DNA from: Thermodesulfobacteriota bacterium
Lineage (GTDB): Bacteria; Desulfobacterota; Desulfarculia; JACQYL01
DNA length: 64,000 nucleotides
Direction: 5' to 3'
Assembly (NCBI GenBank): GCA_963675595.2
Contig: CAXXLZ010000002.1
Span: forward strand, 4,608,001-4,672,000
The first letter of the stretch is position 1. Every line of letters starts with the position of its first letter. Of this stretch, positions 47,489 to 58,092 are shown piece by piece. The notes under the pieces are model-generated. The model was given only the letters and a program-made list of their open reading frames with translations. It was not told where the DNA came from and ran no database searches. A program made the translations under genes and the position numbers.

Positions 47489-48937
47489 TCAACCTAGTTT
47501 GACGGTGACGAAGAAAGTAGCGCCTCGTCGCCAAACCAGGAGTAGAAGCGTCTTAGCCTCATTTTTGCCTGTGGCCGCCTTGAATTCCTCCACCGAGTTG
47601 ATCGGTTTGTGTTCCACTTCCAGGATGACATCTCCCCGGAGCAAGCCGCTTTCCGCAGCAGGGCTTCCCGGCTCCACCGAGGTTACGGCCACGCCTTGAG
47701 ATTTTTCGAGCCCGAGACCTTTGGCCAGTTCCGGCGTAACGGTCTGGATGGATATCCCGATACGTTTTCCTTGGGTGGTTTCGGAAGCCACGGTGAGCTC
47801 GTCTTTCAGAGTCCCCAATTCCACCTTCAAGGTCTTCTTCTTTCCGTCACGGAGAATCTGCACTTCCACCTGGGTGTCCGGGGGAACGTTGGCGACCATT
47901 TGGGGCAGTACCTGGGAGTTTTCCACGGGCTGATTATTGAAGGCGACAATGACGTCACCCCGTTTGATGCCCGCCTTGGCCGCAGGACCGCCTTCGGTGA
48001 CGTCCGCCACCAGAGCTCCGTTGCGGTCGGAAAGCTTAAACGAGTCGGCCAGCTCTTCGGTGATATTCTGGATGGTCACTCCCAGCCATCCTCTGGTGAC
48101 CTTGCCTTTTTCCTTCAAATGAGTCAGCACGCTCTTCGCCATGTTGATGGGCACGGCGAAACCGATTCCCTGCCCTGTGGCCACAATGGCGGTATTGATG
48201 CCGACGACGTCGCCGTAATAGTTGAATAGGGGGCCGCCGCTGTTGCCCGGATTGATGGAGGCGTCCGTTTGAATGAAATCATCATAGGGGCCGGCGCCGA
48301 TGACTCTTCCCGTGGCGCTGATGATGCCCGTTGTCACGGTTTCCGACAAACCGAAGGGGTTGCCGATGGCCAACACGGGTTCACCCTGGCGAAGGGTGTC
48401 GGAGTCGCCGAGGGTGACGAAACTCAGGTCCTCTTTCGGCTCGATCTTGATCAAGGCGATGTCCGTCTTGGGATCGGTACCGACGACCTTGGCCGGATAC
48501 TCTGTTTTGTCATAAAGCACGATCTGAATTTCGTCGGCTTCCTGCACGACATGGTTGTTGGTTACGATGTAGCCGTCCTTACTGACGATAAATCCGGATC
48601 CCAGTCCCTTTTGGCGATATTCGCGGGGCATCCGATTACCGAAAAAACGTTCCCAGAAATCCTTAAACGGATCATTTTCGCCGAAAGGCGACGTGCCGTG
48701 CCCTTGGAAAGGCATGGCGCTCATTTTTTCGACCTTGACTACGCTGATATTCACGACACAAGGCTTAAGCCGCTCCACCAAGTTGGGAACGGTCTCGTTG
48801 GTGACTTCGAACTTCCGGTGCGGAATGGACGATTCCGTCCAGAATGGTGCGGCCGCCGCGATACCCGACAAAAAAATACTCAACACAACGACGCGTATTC
48901 CAACCGCTATCCAACTTCTGCTTCGCTTGTGGTTCAT
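47489..48937 (-). CDS. DegP/DegQ (HtrA) serine protease with two PDZ domains
   Basis: Signal peptide; GLGSGFI, TNNHVV, TDIAL, IQTDASINPGNSGGPL; two PDZ. Confidence 0.95.
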   Translation of the reverse strand: MNHKRSRSWIAVGIRVVVLSIFLSGIAAAAPFWTESSIPHRKFEVTNETVPNLVERLKPCVVNISVVKVEKMSAMPFQGHGTSPFGENDPFKDFWERFFGNRMPREYRQKGLGSGFIVSKDGYIVTNNHVVQEADEIQIVLYDKTEYPAKVVGTDPKTDIALIKIEPKEDLSFVTLGDSDTLRQGEPVLAIGNPFGLSETVTTGIISATGRVIGAGPYDDFIQTDASINPGNSGGPLFNYYGDVVGINTAIVATGQGIGFAVPINMAKSVLTHLKEKGKVTRGWLGVTIQNITEELADSFKLSDRNGALVADVTEGGPAAKAGIKRGDVIVAFNNQPVENSQVLPQMVANVPPDTQVEVQILRDGKKKTLKVELGTLKDELTVASETTQGKRIGISIQTVTPELAKGLGLEKSQGVAVTSVEPGSPAAESGLLRGDVILEVEHKPINSVEEFKAATGKNEAKTLLLLVWRRGATFFVTVKLG

Positions 48938-49334
48938 CTAAGATTTCCTCCTTGTGACGATTCTTTCTTGTGCCGTTGTTCGTCTTCTGCGAGACGATTT
49001 GTCAAAATAGATTGCCGCGAGCCGAATGCGTTTAATGTTTTCTCCAGACCCAATTCTACGGGTTGATGGCCGATTTGGCAACATACTGATTTCTTTAAGG
49101 TTTCAGTTTATTTGCGAAGTCTCCCCGGCTGATCCGGCGTCCGGAGGCGCGGAATCGCCATACCTCGCCGCGGGAACGGGTGGATCAGTGCGTTGATGTT
49201 TTCTTTCCAAAGCCCGAGATTTGCGTTATCCGGATTCTTCGGCGAGGCTTCGATAAACCTTGAGGGCGGGGTCTCGGTTCATATACTTCTTGAGGCGTTG
49301 AATTCCGGAAAGTGATGGATATGATACAACCATC

Positions 49335-50723
49335 ATGAAGAAGCCGAAACGTTTGACCCCGGACGAGGCGGAGACCATTTTGGATTCCGTGGCGGACGGG
49401 GTTTTCACCGTAGACAAGGACTACCGGGTTACTTGGTTCAACCGGGCGGCCACTCGGATTACAGGCGTTCCGAGGGAGGAGGCCGTGGGTCGGCACTGCT
49501 GCGAGGTGTTCCGGGCGGAGATCTGTGAGGCCGACTGCGCGCTGAAACAAACCGTGCGAACCGGCAAGCCCCTGGTGAATCGAGCGGTCTATATTGTGAG
49601 ACCCGACGGGCGGCGGGTGCCCATCAGCGTGAGCACCGCTCTTCTGTTGGACCGGAAGGGGGAGGTCATCGGGGGCGTGGAAACCTTCCGGGACCTCAGC
49701 TTAGTGGAAGAACTTCGCAAAGAGGTGGAGCGTCGCTACACCTTCGAAGACATCATATCCCGCAATCACGCCATGCGGGACATTTTTTCCATTTTGCCCG
49801 AGGTGGCCCGGAGCGACGCCACGGTGCTGATCGAAGGAGAAAGCGGAACCGGCAAGGAATTACTGGCGCGCGCCATTCACAATCTTTCGTCCAGGAATGA
49901 CAAAGCCGCGGTGACGGTGAACTGCGGCGCCCTTCCGGACACGCTTCTCGAATCCGAGTTGTTCGGCTACAAAGCCGGAGCCTTTACCGACGCCAAAAAG
50001 GACAAGCCGGGACGGTTCGCCCAGGCCGAAGGAGGTACCCTGTTTCTGGACGAAATCGGGGACCTGTCTCCCGCTTTGCAGGTGAGGCTGCTCAGGTTCC
50101 TTCAAGAAAGAACCTACGAGCCTTTGGGATCGAACCACACGTTGCATGCCGACGTCAGGATTTTGGCCGCGACCAACCGTGAGCTCCAGGGTGAAATGCA
50201 GAACGGGCGTTTCCGCCAGGATCTTTATTACCGAATCAACGTCATGCGGCTTCGGCTACCGCCTTTGAGGGAAAGGAAAGAAGATATTCCACTGCTTGTG
50301 GAGCACTTTGTCTCCCATATGAACCGCGTGAAGGGAAAGAATATCGAAGGTCTTTCCAACGACGCCCTGTCCGCCTTTATGGAGCATGATTGGCCGGGCA
50401 ACATACGGGAGTTGGAAAACGCCATCGAGCACGCCTTCATTCTTTGCCCGGGCGGACTCATCGAACGCCGACATCTCCCGGAACAGTTTCGTTCGTCGTT
50501 TTCGGTTCCCGACGGCATGGTGGGGAGCGGAACCACTTTGGCGGAAGTCGAAGCGAGAATCATCTATGAGACGCTGATCCGGCATCAAGGGAACCGCCAA
50601 GCCACGGCCAACGAACTGGGCATCGACAAGACCACCCTGTGGCGGAAGATCAAGAAGCTCGGACTCGACGTCCCGCGAGGCGGAAACCGCTCGGAGTCCC
50701 CCGAAAACGAAGAAACTCAATGA
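49335..50723 (+). CDS. PAS-AAA-Fis sigma54 activator, OrpR-like
   Basis: PAS with C-x8-C-x3-C ([14 protein letters not shown]); [43 protein letters not shown]; Fis HTH. Confidence 0.9.
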   Translation: MKKPKRLTPDEAETILDSVADGVFTVDKDYRVTWFNRAATRITGVPREEAVGRHCCEVFRAEICEADCALKQTVRTGKPLVNRAVYIVRPDGRRVPISVSTALLLDRKGEVIGGVETFRDLSLVEELRKEVERRYTFEDIISRNHAMRDIFSILPEVARSDATVLIEGESGTGKELLARAIHNLSSRNDKAAVTVNCGALPDTLLESELFGYKAGAFTDAKKDKPGRFAQAEGGTLFLDEIGDLSPALQVRLLRFLQERTYEPLGSNHTLHADVRILAATNRELQGEMQNGRFRQDLYYRINVMRLRLPPLRERKEDIPLLVEHFVSHMNRVKGKNIEGLSNDALSAFMEHDWPGNIRELENAIEHAFILCPGGLIERRHLPEQFRSSFSVPDGMVGSGTTLAEVEARIIYETLIRHQGNRQATANELGIDKTTLWRKIKKLGLDVPRGGNRSESPENEETQ

Positions 50724-50900
50724 CGCCGCCGTCGGCACCCTGATCCCCCCAACGGTTGCCCGGGCATTCCAAAAATCGTCGCGGTCCCACCGGTGATGAT
50801 CCGCCTCGTATGAGCGCCGCCCGTATTTTCGCCGCTTTGAAGCGGCCGGCTGATTTGTAGGGCCGGCCTCGGAAGTCCCGATGGCCGGCGCTGATCGGCG

Positions 50901-51404
50901 CTATCCGATGAGCACCATGCTGTACCAGGCCGGCATCATCTTTCCGTCTTTGTCAAATTCCACTTTGAATCCCAACGGGGTCAGCGTCTTGCCGAAGTCG
51001 ACTCCGTAAGCGTCCATGGAAGGGCGCGCGAGATGGGGAAAGCGGCAGGGTTCGGGAAAGGCGCATTCCTCGCACTGGACACAGAGCGCAAGCGCCATGG
51101 AATACCCGAAGCCGAGCATCATGGATTCCTTCTCCACCCCGAGGGCGACGTCCTGGCCGAGCTTGGCGTCCGTGGTCTTGATGACGACGGCCTTATCGTA
51201 TTCTTTGAAAGCCTCGTCGAACTGCTCTTGGGAGAAATGGAGATTGGGAGGACACGTCCAGTACTTGCCCCATCGTTTGCACCCGAACCGGCATTTCAAA
51301 TGCGACCTCGGGTCGAACGCCACCTGCGAGGTGTCGATCAGTTTGGCTTCGACGGCACCCAATTCCAGCGCCTTTTCCACCAGGACTTCAGGGTTCGCTT
51401 CCAT
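50901..51404 (-). CDS. DUF2284 domain (Cys-rich predicted metal-binding) protein
   Basis: CRFGC..WGK.WTCPP, CVQCEEC..PEPCRFP..ARPSMDAYGVD; start at ATG 51404. Confidence 0.85.
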   Translation of the reverse strand: MEANPEVLVEKALELGAVEAKLIDTSQVAFDPRSHLKCRFGCKRWGKYWTCPPNLHFSQEQFDEAFKEYDKAVVIKTTDAKLGQDVALGVEKESMMLGFGYSMALALCVQCEECAFPEPCRFPHLARPSMDAYGVDFGKTLTPLGFKVEFDKDGKMMPAWYSMVLIG

Positions 51405-51723
51405 TCCTTCTCCTCTTAATCGGGCCGTTATAAAAGGCCGGTTGCCACAGGCAGGCAAAGAAACGACGACATGCAACGCGCGCAAATCCCAAGCAATGAG
51501 ACGGACCCAAGAAGTATGCCGCTGTGACGAGGGGTCCAGCGCGACGCGGCGGATCGGGTTCTAAACCGACCTGATGGGCCTCACCGAGCGGAAGGCAGGC
51601 TACCGACATATGGGGGCGGAAGTCAATCGGGATTTCGTATGGACCGCAAAGATGATAAACAAAAAGAGGGTGCCGCGTATGGTGCGGCATTTCAGGAGAG
51701 TCCGCCGCATAGAGGCGGACTCC

Positions 51724-52602
51724 TTATTTCGGGGGTTCCTCTTCTCCCTGCGTCGGAGTTTTGGTGAGCATGCCCAGAATTTGCTGCAACGCTTTACGCT
51801 TGGATTCCGTGGAGCCGGCTTCGACCCAGCCGTAGCCCGCGTCGTGAAGCTGCAGGGCCAAGTCCAGGAACGGAGTGGGTTCAACCCCCGCCTGTTGAAG
51901 GAATTCCCGATCGGCCAGTATGTCTTCCGTGGGGCCCTGGCGCAGGACCCGTCCTTCGGAAAACACCGCGATTTCGTCCGCCCAAAGACAGGCGAGGTCC
52001 AGGTCGTGGGTGGCGAAAACCAGGGTGGTTCCATTCCGGAAAAGTTTCTCTAGCAGGTCCAGCAGATTCTTGACGCCGCGGGTGTCCAATCCGGCGGTGG
52101 GTTCATCCAGAATCAGCACTTCAGGCTTCATGGCGGCGATGCCGGCGATGGCCACCCGCTTCTTCTGCCCAAAGCTGAGCATGTGTGTGGGGCGTTCGGC
52201 CAGGGATTCAATGTCGAGGGCTTTGAGGGTGTCGCGCACCCGTTCCCTGGTTTCCTCTTCGGAGAGGCCCAGGTTCAGCGGACCGAAAGTCACATCCTGG
52301 TACACGTTGGCTGAAAAAAGCTGGTCGTCGGCATCCTGAAGCACCAATCCCACCCGTCGACGCCAGCTTTTCTTCGCATCGCGGTTGTATCGGGCGGGGA
52401 GGCCGTCCAGGAGGATTCGGCCCTTCTGAGGTTTCAGGGTACCGTTGAGATGCAGCAGAAGGGTGGTTTTCCCCGCGCCGTTGGGTCCGAGCACGGCCAG
52501 ACGACGACTTTTTCGGATTTGCAGGTTCAGCTTGTTCAGGGCTTTGACGTGCCCCGGGTAGGTAAATTCGATCTCATTAGCTTCCAGGATAACCGAGTTC
52601 AT
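51724..52602 (-). CDS. cbiO: ECF cobalt transporter ATPase CbiO
   Basis: GPNGAGKTT, DDQLF, LSFGQKKRVAIAG, ILDEPTAGLD; start at ATG 52602. Confidence 0.9.
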   Translation of the reverse strand: MNSVILEANEIEFTYPGHVKALNKLNLQIRKSRRLAVLGPNGAGKTTLLLHLNGTLKPQKGRILLDGLPARYNRDAKKSWRRRVGLVLQDADDQLFSANVYQDVTFGPLNLGLSEEETRERVRDTLKALDIESLAERPTHMLSFGQKKRVAIAGIAAMKPEVLILDEPTAGLDTRGVKNLLDLLEKLFRNGTTLVFATHDLDLACLWADEIAVFSEGRVLRQGPTEDILADREFLQQAGVEPTPFLDLALQLHDAGYGWVEAGSTESKRKALQQILGMLTKTPTQGEEEPPK

Positions 52603-53350
52603 GCAGGAATCCGTTGCAGGCCAGACTGGTCGCGACGACCACCAGAAGAAGGCAGGCAATAAGGGTGAGGGTTTTCGAGGAAACGGGCTTCTCCTCCGTC
52701 AGGAACTTGAATTCTCCTTCGAATCCTCTGGCCGAGAGACCGGTTTCCATTTGGCGAACCCGGCCCATGGTCCGGTCGAACAAGGCGGCCACCAGAAGAC
52801 TCAAAGAGCGACAACTGGTCATGAATCCTTGATATCCCAAACGCGCGGACTGGGATCGATGGGCCGCGGCTACCGTGTCCGAAGCGACGAAAATCAGGCG
52901 ATACGTGAGGAGCATCAGCTCAATGACGGCGGCGGGCACTCGGACCCGGGACAGAAGGGGCACCAAGTCGGTCATGGGGGTGGTCAGAGCGAGAAACGAC
53001 AAGCACGATACGGCCGCCAGGGACCTAAGCACCACCTTCAGGGCCGTGTTGACGCCTTCGGGAGAGAGAGCGAAGTGCAATCCATGAGACCAATGTACGG
53101 ACACAAACAGCATGGGGGTGCTCAACAGCAAAAAGCCCACGGGCAGGGCCAGTATCTTCAGATAAAACCCTCCCGGAATCTTTGCGCCCCAAATGGATGC
53201 CAGGGAAACGAGCACGATGATGATCAAGGCGGCCGGCATTGGAGGCAACAGAAGACTGAGGAAAAGCATGCCTCCGGCGAAGAGGAGTTTCTCCACCGGA
53301 TGGCGCCGACTCCATTGATTCGTGTAAGCTATGGTATCAATGTGAAACAT
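52577..53350 (-). CDS. cbiQ: ECF cobalt transporter T component CbiQ
   Basis: IDTIAY.N...HP.EK, LALTTPM, YRLIF, QSARLGY, LSARGF. Confidence 0.92.
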   Translation of the reverse strand: MFHIDTIAYTNQWSRRHPVEKLLFAGGMLFLSLLLPPMPAALIIIVLVSLASIWGAKIPGGFYLKILALPVGFLLLSTPMLFVSVHWSHGLHFALSPEGVNTALKVVLRSLAAVSCLSFLALTTPMTDLVPLLSRVRVPAAVIELMLLTYRLIFVASDTVAAAHRSQSARLGYQGFMTSCRSLSLLVAALFDRTMGRVRQMETGLSARGFEGEFKFLTEEKPVSSKTLTLIACLLLVVVATSLACNGFLHELGYPGS

Positions 53351-53654
53351 GTTCCGGGCTTTTCTCCTGAAACTTGGCGCGAGCGCGACGATACCCTAAA
53401 TAATATGCCAGAACGCCGGCTCCCAATGCGGCTTGAAGGGCGAAGAGCATACTTTCGATTTCCCCGCTCGGAGGCTCCCAGAAGGGTTCGAACCAAGGTT
53501 TGTATCCGGGATGGCTTTGGACGATGACTCCCTCCGCCTGCCCGTCGGCTCCTGCGAAGGGTTCCTCGCGATCCGAAAGTCCGGGAATCATCAGGGGAAT
53601 CACCGCCAAGGCCACAACCAGGGCGATCAAAATTCCGTTTCGTTTGAAAATCAT
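53337..53654 (-). CDS. cbiN: cobalt transport protein CbiN
   Basis: [38 protein letters not shown]. Confidence 0.95.
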   Translation of the reverse strand: MIFKRNGILIALVVALAVIPLMIPGLSDREEPFAGADGQAEGVIVQSHPGYKPWFEPFWEPPSGEIESMLFALQAALGAGVLAYYLGYRRARAKFQEKSPEHVSH

Positions 53655-54322
53655 TGTACACCTCCGGCGAGGATTGCGGTTTCCTCCAACTCGTCGCGGC
53701 TGTACTTCAGCACCAGATTCACCACCAGTACGGTAAGCAGCCCTTCGGAAACCGCAAGTGGGATTTGGGTCACCGCGAACACCGAAAGGAATTTAATCGC
53801 CGCACCCTGGAAACCGCTCACCGGGTCGGGAAAGGCCACGGCCAGTTGTAGGGCGGTGACCACATAGGTGGTGAGGTCCCCGAGGGTCGCGGCAAGGAAG
53901 GTCGAGAATCCCAAGGAACGACCCGTTCCACGGAGAAGACGAAAAAGCGCGTAGGCCACCCAGGGGCCGGCCACGGCCATGGAAAATACATTGGCGCCGA
54001 GGGTGGTCAATCCGCCGTGGGCGAGAAGAAGCGCCTGGAACAGAAGCACGATGGCCCCGAGGAGGGGCATGACCGCAGCTCCAAAAAGTATGGCCCCTAA
54101 ACCCGTGCCTGTGGGATGAGAGCAACTGCCTGTGACGGAGGGGAGTTTCAGGGCGGAAAGGACGAATACGAAGGCTCCACATGCCGCGAGCAGCAGTTTG
54201 GCCTTGGGCTTCTCTCGAAATATTTTAACCACCTTCCGCGCGCTCACGACGACGAAGGGCAGCGACACCGCAGTCCAAGCGGCCGCATGAGCGGGCGGCA
54301 AATAACCTTCCATGATATGCAT
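53651..54322 (-). CDS. cbiM: ECF cobalt transporter S component CbiM
   Basis: MHIMEGYLP metal-binding N-terminus, [37 protein letters not shown]; start set at MHIMEG (54322). Confidence 0.95.
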   Translation of the reverse strand: MHIMEGYLPPAHAAAWTAVSLPFVVVSARKVVKIFREKPKAKLLLAACGAFVFVLSALKLPSVTGSCSHPTGTGLGAILFGAAVMPLLGAIVLLFQALLLAHGGLTTLGANVFSMAVAGPWVAYALFRLLRGTGRSLGFSTFLAATLGDLTTYVVTALQLAVAFPDPVSGFQGAAIKFLSVFAVTQIPLAVSEGLLTVLVVNLVLKYSRDELEETAILAGGVQ

Positions 54323-55072
54323 ACGCGTGATTCCTCCTTGCGGTTTGGATTTCACCTCGGAGTCCGGCCGGACCCTTTTCGCTATTGGACGATCATTGCA
54401 GCCTTCCTCTCGGGAACCTATAACGGAGGCATGTCTTCATGTGATGCGCAGTAACTTTCTGGAACTTAATTTTGAATAGACGATATTGTTGCCGAAAAAT
54501 ACCCGCGCCGTTCACACGCTTCTCAGAATCGTCGCCGAAGCCGGTATCGTTAATCTTATTGACGGCCCAAGTCACTTCTTTTGCTTTTGAATAGGATCGA
54601 AAAATGTTACTCTATTATCCGATCCAAAAAAGGGACATCCAATATAGTCCCTTTTCAAATATCGGTATGCAATATAGCGATCGATGATCAACACTTTGGC
54701 GCTGAAGCGCTCTCTCCAATCCCTTGCCGCGAGGAAGATATCTATTATTCGGTATCTTGCGGAATAGACGCCGCCCGCGACCTCCCTTGAGAGGGCCGGT
54801 AAATCAGAGAGCAAACCTGATGCTAAGAGATAATGCCCTAGTTGAAAATTAATTCACAACGGATAGTCGTCGATTCCGACTTTGTTGGTTTTTATGGCTG
54901 TGCCCTAATCTTCGTGAGCGAAGTTTAACACAAAATCCGGAATCCTCCAAAATTTCTTGAACCGTTCACAAGAAAAAAGTACCATATAAATGGTAATCAT
55001 GTCAATTTAAGAAGCTTGTGGATATGCTTCGGCCTATAGTTCGTGAGTTTACTATGGGTTTGTTTCTATACA

Positions 55073-55091
55073 TATACATACCATAAGTATA
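55073..55091. promoter_or_regulatory. candidate CsoR/RcnR-family operator
   Basis: TATAC-ATACCATAA-GTATA (ATAC-N9-GTAT) about 150 bp upstream of the CsoR-family gene. Confidence 0.5.
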
Positions 55092-55242
55092 AGCCGGGAG
55101 TTTCCTCCCGGCGTTGCCCGGGAAACTATCATTTTCGGTCACGTGGCAGGTTGGTTTTCGGGTTCGAGTAATGGTCGTTTCCCAAGAAACTCAAACCCGG
55201 CTTCAATATGGACGGGTTCAGGTTTAACACAAGGAGAATCGC

Positions 55243-55518
55243 ATGGCGCTCTGCGGTGAAGACCATCAGAAGCTGCTGACCCGCATTAATCGCATCGAGG
55301 GTCAGGTGCGGGGGCTTAGGAAGATGGTGCAGGAGGACCGGGATTGTATGGAGGTGCTGAAGCAAATCGCAGCCGCCGGCGGGGCCCTTAGATCCCTGGC
55401 CATGGTCCTTCTTGAAGACCATTTGAAGGGTTGCGTGGCTTCGGCCATTCGAACGGATCAATCGGAGAATGAACTGATTCACCAAGTTATTGAAGTGTTT
55501 AATAAATTCAGTAAGTAA
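55243..55518 (+). CDS. CsoR/RcnR-family metal-sensing transcriptional repressor
   Basis: RINRIEGQVRGL..MV..DRDC.EVL.QIAA..GAL, EDHLKGCV (C-H-C fingerprint). Confidence 0.93.
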   Translation: MALCGEDHQKLLTRINRIEGQVRGLRKMVQEDRDCMEVLKQIAAAGGALRSLAMVLLEDHLKGCVASAIRTDQSENELIHQVIEVFNKFSK

Positions 55519-55595
55519 GCTCCGGTTTGAGCCGAGTGCGCCCAAAACGGGTTTTGATCTGAGTGTCTTTTTAACCCCCGGCACGGGAGGCCGCA

Positions 55596-56648
55596 ATGGA
55601 GAAGATGACGCCCAAAGAAAGAGTGCTCGGACTGTTTCGCCGAGACCCCATCGACACCATGCCCATTTTCAGCGGACTTTCCATGGCGGCGCTCCCGGCA
55701 TTGCGGGAGGCGGGCCTGGTTTTCTCTCAGGTCCACACCCGTCCGGACCTCATGGCGCGAGCCGCAGTAGTCTCATCCCGCAGAATGAATTTCGACTGCA
55801 TCGTGGTCCCCTTCGACATCACGATTCTTTCCGAAGCTCTGGGCAATCGCCCCAACTTTTATGAGGACGCCTCCGAAGTGGTCTTTCCGACGGTTCCCGA
55901 AAAGATCTGGAAGGACCTGGAAGAGATCAGCATTCCCGACGACATACTTGAGCGGGGCCGAATTCCCATGATTTGTGAAGCGGTTTCCATCATCAAGCGA
56001 GAGGCTCCCGAATACCCCGTGGGGGTATGGCAAAGGGGGCCTTTCACGCAGATGGGGCAACTTTTCGAGCTGGAAGAGGTTTTGAAGGCTTCCTTCAAAG
56101 CCAAAGCCAAAGTGGAAGCGGCCCTGGAAAAGCTGGCGGAACTGGTTTCGGCCGCTGGACGCCTGTGGTTGGACGCCGGAGCGGACTATATCACTTTGAG
56201 CGAACCCAGCGGATCCGGAGACGTGTTGCCTCCCCGCCTTTTCAAGAGTCTTATCCAACCGAAGCTCGCCCAAATTCTGGAAGAGTGGCCGTCTCCCAAG
56301 GTCTTGCATGTCGCGGGGAAGACCGACGGAATCATCGAAATGATGAAGGACTGTGGAGCCGACGGCATTGCCGTGGACAAGAAAAGCAACATAAAGGACA
56401 TTCGAACGAAGATCGGGGACGAACTGCTTCTTTTCGGAAATTTCGATGTCTATGACTTACCCTGCAAACCCGAGACGACCGTGGAACATACCGAGGCCGT
56501 GATCAAAGGGATCATCGACGACGGAGTGGATGGGGTATGGCCGGGGTCGGACCTCTGGCCCGACATGAAAGAGGAGAACATGCGGGCCGTTGTTCGCACC
56601 GTGCACGAATACGGGGCAAAGCCCAGTCCTGCGGTGGGGAGAACCTGA
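55596..56648 (+). CDS. MtaA/CmuA (URO-D superfamily) methyltransferase-like protein with degenerate Zn site
   Basis: MTPKERV, VPFDIT..SEALG, GRIP...EAV, GPFT, AGADYI..SEPSGS, LFGNFD; HxC reads HVA and PGC reads PGS. Confidence 0.85.
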   Translation: MEKMTPKERVLGLFRRDPIDTMPIFSGLSMAALPALREAGLVFSQVHTRPDLMARAAVVSSRRMNFDCIVVPFDITILSEALGNRPNFYEDASEVVFPTVPEKIWKDLEEISIPDDILERGRIPMICEAVSIIKREAPEYPVGVWQRGPFTQMGQLFELEEVLKASFKAKAKVEAALEKLAELVSAAGRLWLDAGADYITLSEPSGSGDVLPPRLFKSLIQPKLAQILEEWPSPKVLHVAGKTDGIIEMMKDCGADGIAVDKKSNIKDIRTKIGDELLLFGNFDVYDLPCKPETTVEHTEAVIKGIIDDGVDGVWPGSDLWPDMKEENMRAVVRTVHEYGAKPSPAVGRT

Positions 56649-56674
56649 GAAGGAGAGGGCGGGCCGAACGCCGG

Positions 56675-57499
56675 TTACGGAGTCTCGTGAGGGCGGTCCC
56701 TGACCAACAGGTGGGACTTCAGCAATTTGAACATGGCGATGACTTTGTCGGCGAAGGTGGTGCCGGAGTTGTCCGCGACCAAGTCGGTGAGATCGTTGAG
56801 AAAGAGACGGTCCTCTTCAAGAAGATAGTCCTGCTCCTTCCACCAGGAGTTCTTCAACTCCCTCGCGAAGGCGACGTTTCTGGCGGCCAGAGTGTTCAGC
56901 GGGGAGTATTCCCGAAATTTTCGGCAGAGAAAAGTGGCTCTCACCCAACGGTGAGAAAGCAGCATTCGGTAGTTTTCCGACTCCTGACGTTCACAGTTGA
57001 TTCGGAAAAAACAGAGATGCGCCTGGGGTTCGCCGTGACCCAGTTCAATGGCCAGTTCGGTGCAGGCGTGCTCCTTCGCAGCTTCGCGAAGGTGCTCCAC
57101 CACGTGTCGAAAGAAATTGACACCGGATCCTGAAACCGGAAAAAGCGGCATGATTTGCTCACTGAAACTGGGTCCCACGAACTGTCGGCGTATTTCCAGG
57201 ACGCATTTGGCCGTTTCCCGGTCCAACCACCCTTGAAAGGGCAGGGCGGGCAACCCTTGAACAAGCTCTTCGCAAACATGGACCAGGAATTCTCTATCGG
57301 CGACTTCTCCGGAGACCGGCTGCGCCGGTATGGATCCCTGCGCGGAGCCATAGGACCGCCGGTCGGCATGCACCACTAGTTTCACGTGCGGCCGACTCTT
57401 CGGATCGATGTTCTCCAGGAAGTCTTGAATGAAGTGCTCCGCCTCGGCCTTGATGTCCCTCGTTTGATCGGTTCCGGTCTTCGTCGGCGGTGAGCTCAT
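56675..57499 (-). CDS. hypothetical protein (274 aa)
   Basis: Long ORF with RBS-like GGAG upstream, fills the gap between MtaA genes; no recognised family. Confidence 0.7.
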   Translation of the reverse strand: MSSPPTKTGTDQTRDIKAEAEHFIQDFLENIDPKSRPHVKLVVHADRRSYGSAQGSIPAQPVSGEVADREFLVHVCEELVQGLPALPFQGWLDRETAKCVLEIRRQFVGPSFSEQIMPLFPVSGSGVNFFRHVVEHLREAAKEHACTELAIELGHGEPQAHLCFFRINCERQESENYRMLLSHRWVRATFLCRKFREYSPLNTLAARNVAFARELKNSWWKEQDYLLEEDRLFLNDLTDLVADNSGTTFADKVIAMFKLLKSHLLVRDRPHETP

Positions 57500-58092
57500 T
57501 TCGCGTCTCCCTTCCGCTCCTTCCTAATCGTGGTTTTGCAGCCCGGTTCGTACTCGAAAAGCCGGGCCCCGGTCGTTCGGTGACATCCTTGCGTCTCGAT
57601 CGGTGCGGTTCTCGTTGACTCCCACGATGGGAGCCCTTACCGACAGACTATAGCATGACGGTCCATGAAATCACAGTAGCCGAGTTGGGAAATCTGCGGC
57701 TTGTCCGACCGCATGGAATTTCCCTTTCTTGGCATCCTGCCGTTCGTTTTTGAGGTGTTGAGGAGAACTCGCTTGACCGGTGGGAGAGACCCGAACGGAG
57801 CTTGGGCCAGAAAAGGACGGCGGTGGAGACCGGGCGTACCTGAATGAGTGGTGGAGCCGCGGCGGGAGGCGAGTAGGGATCCCGGCGGCATAAAACCTTC
57901 TCCCTCCGGATGCCTGGGGGGGATGGAGGGCGAGGTACACAGGCGAAACAGCTTCCCCCGGGATCCCAAGGGACAACAATGAAAGGGCGGCGATCGACGC
58001 CGAAGATTTCTTGGGAGGGCGCGGAAGCCCCTTTTAGACGAGAGGCTCCCTGCCCGGTCGCTACAGTTCAGCGTGATCGCAGCCGATGAGGT

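Noticed and set aside
49975-49995. GAFTDA instead of GAFTGA in the sigma54 activator
   Set aside because: A common variant among such activators; not evidence of inactivity.
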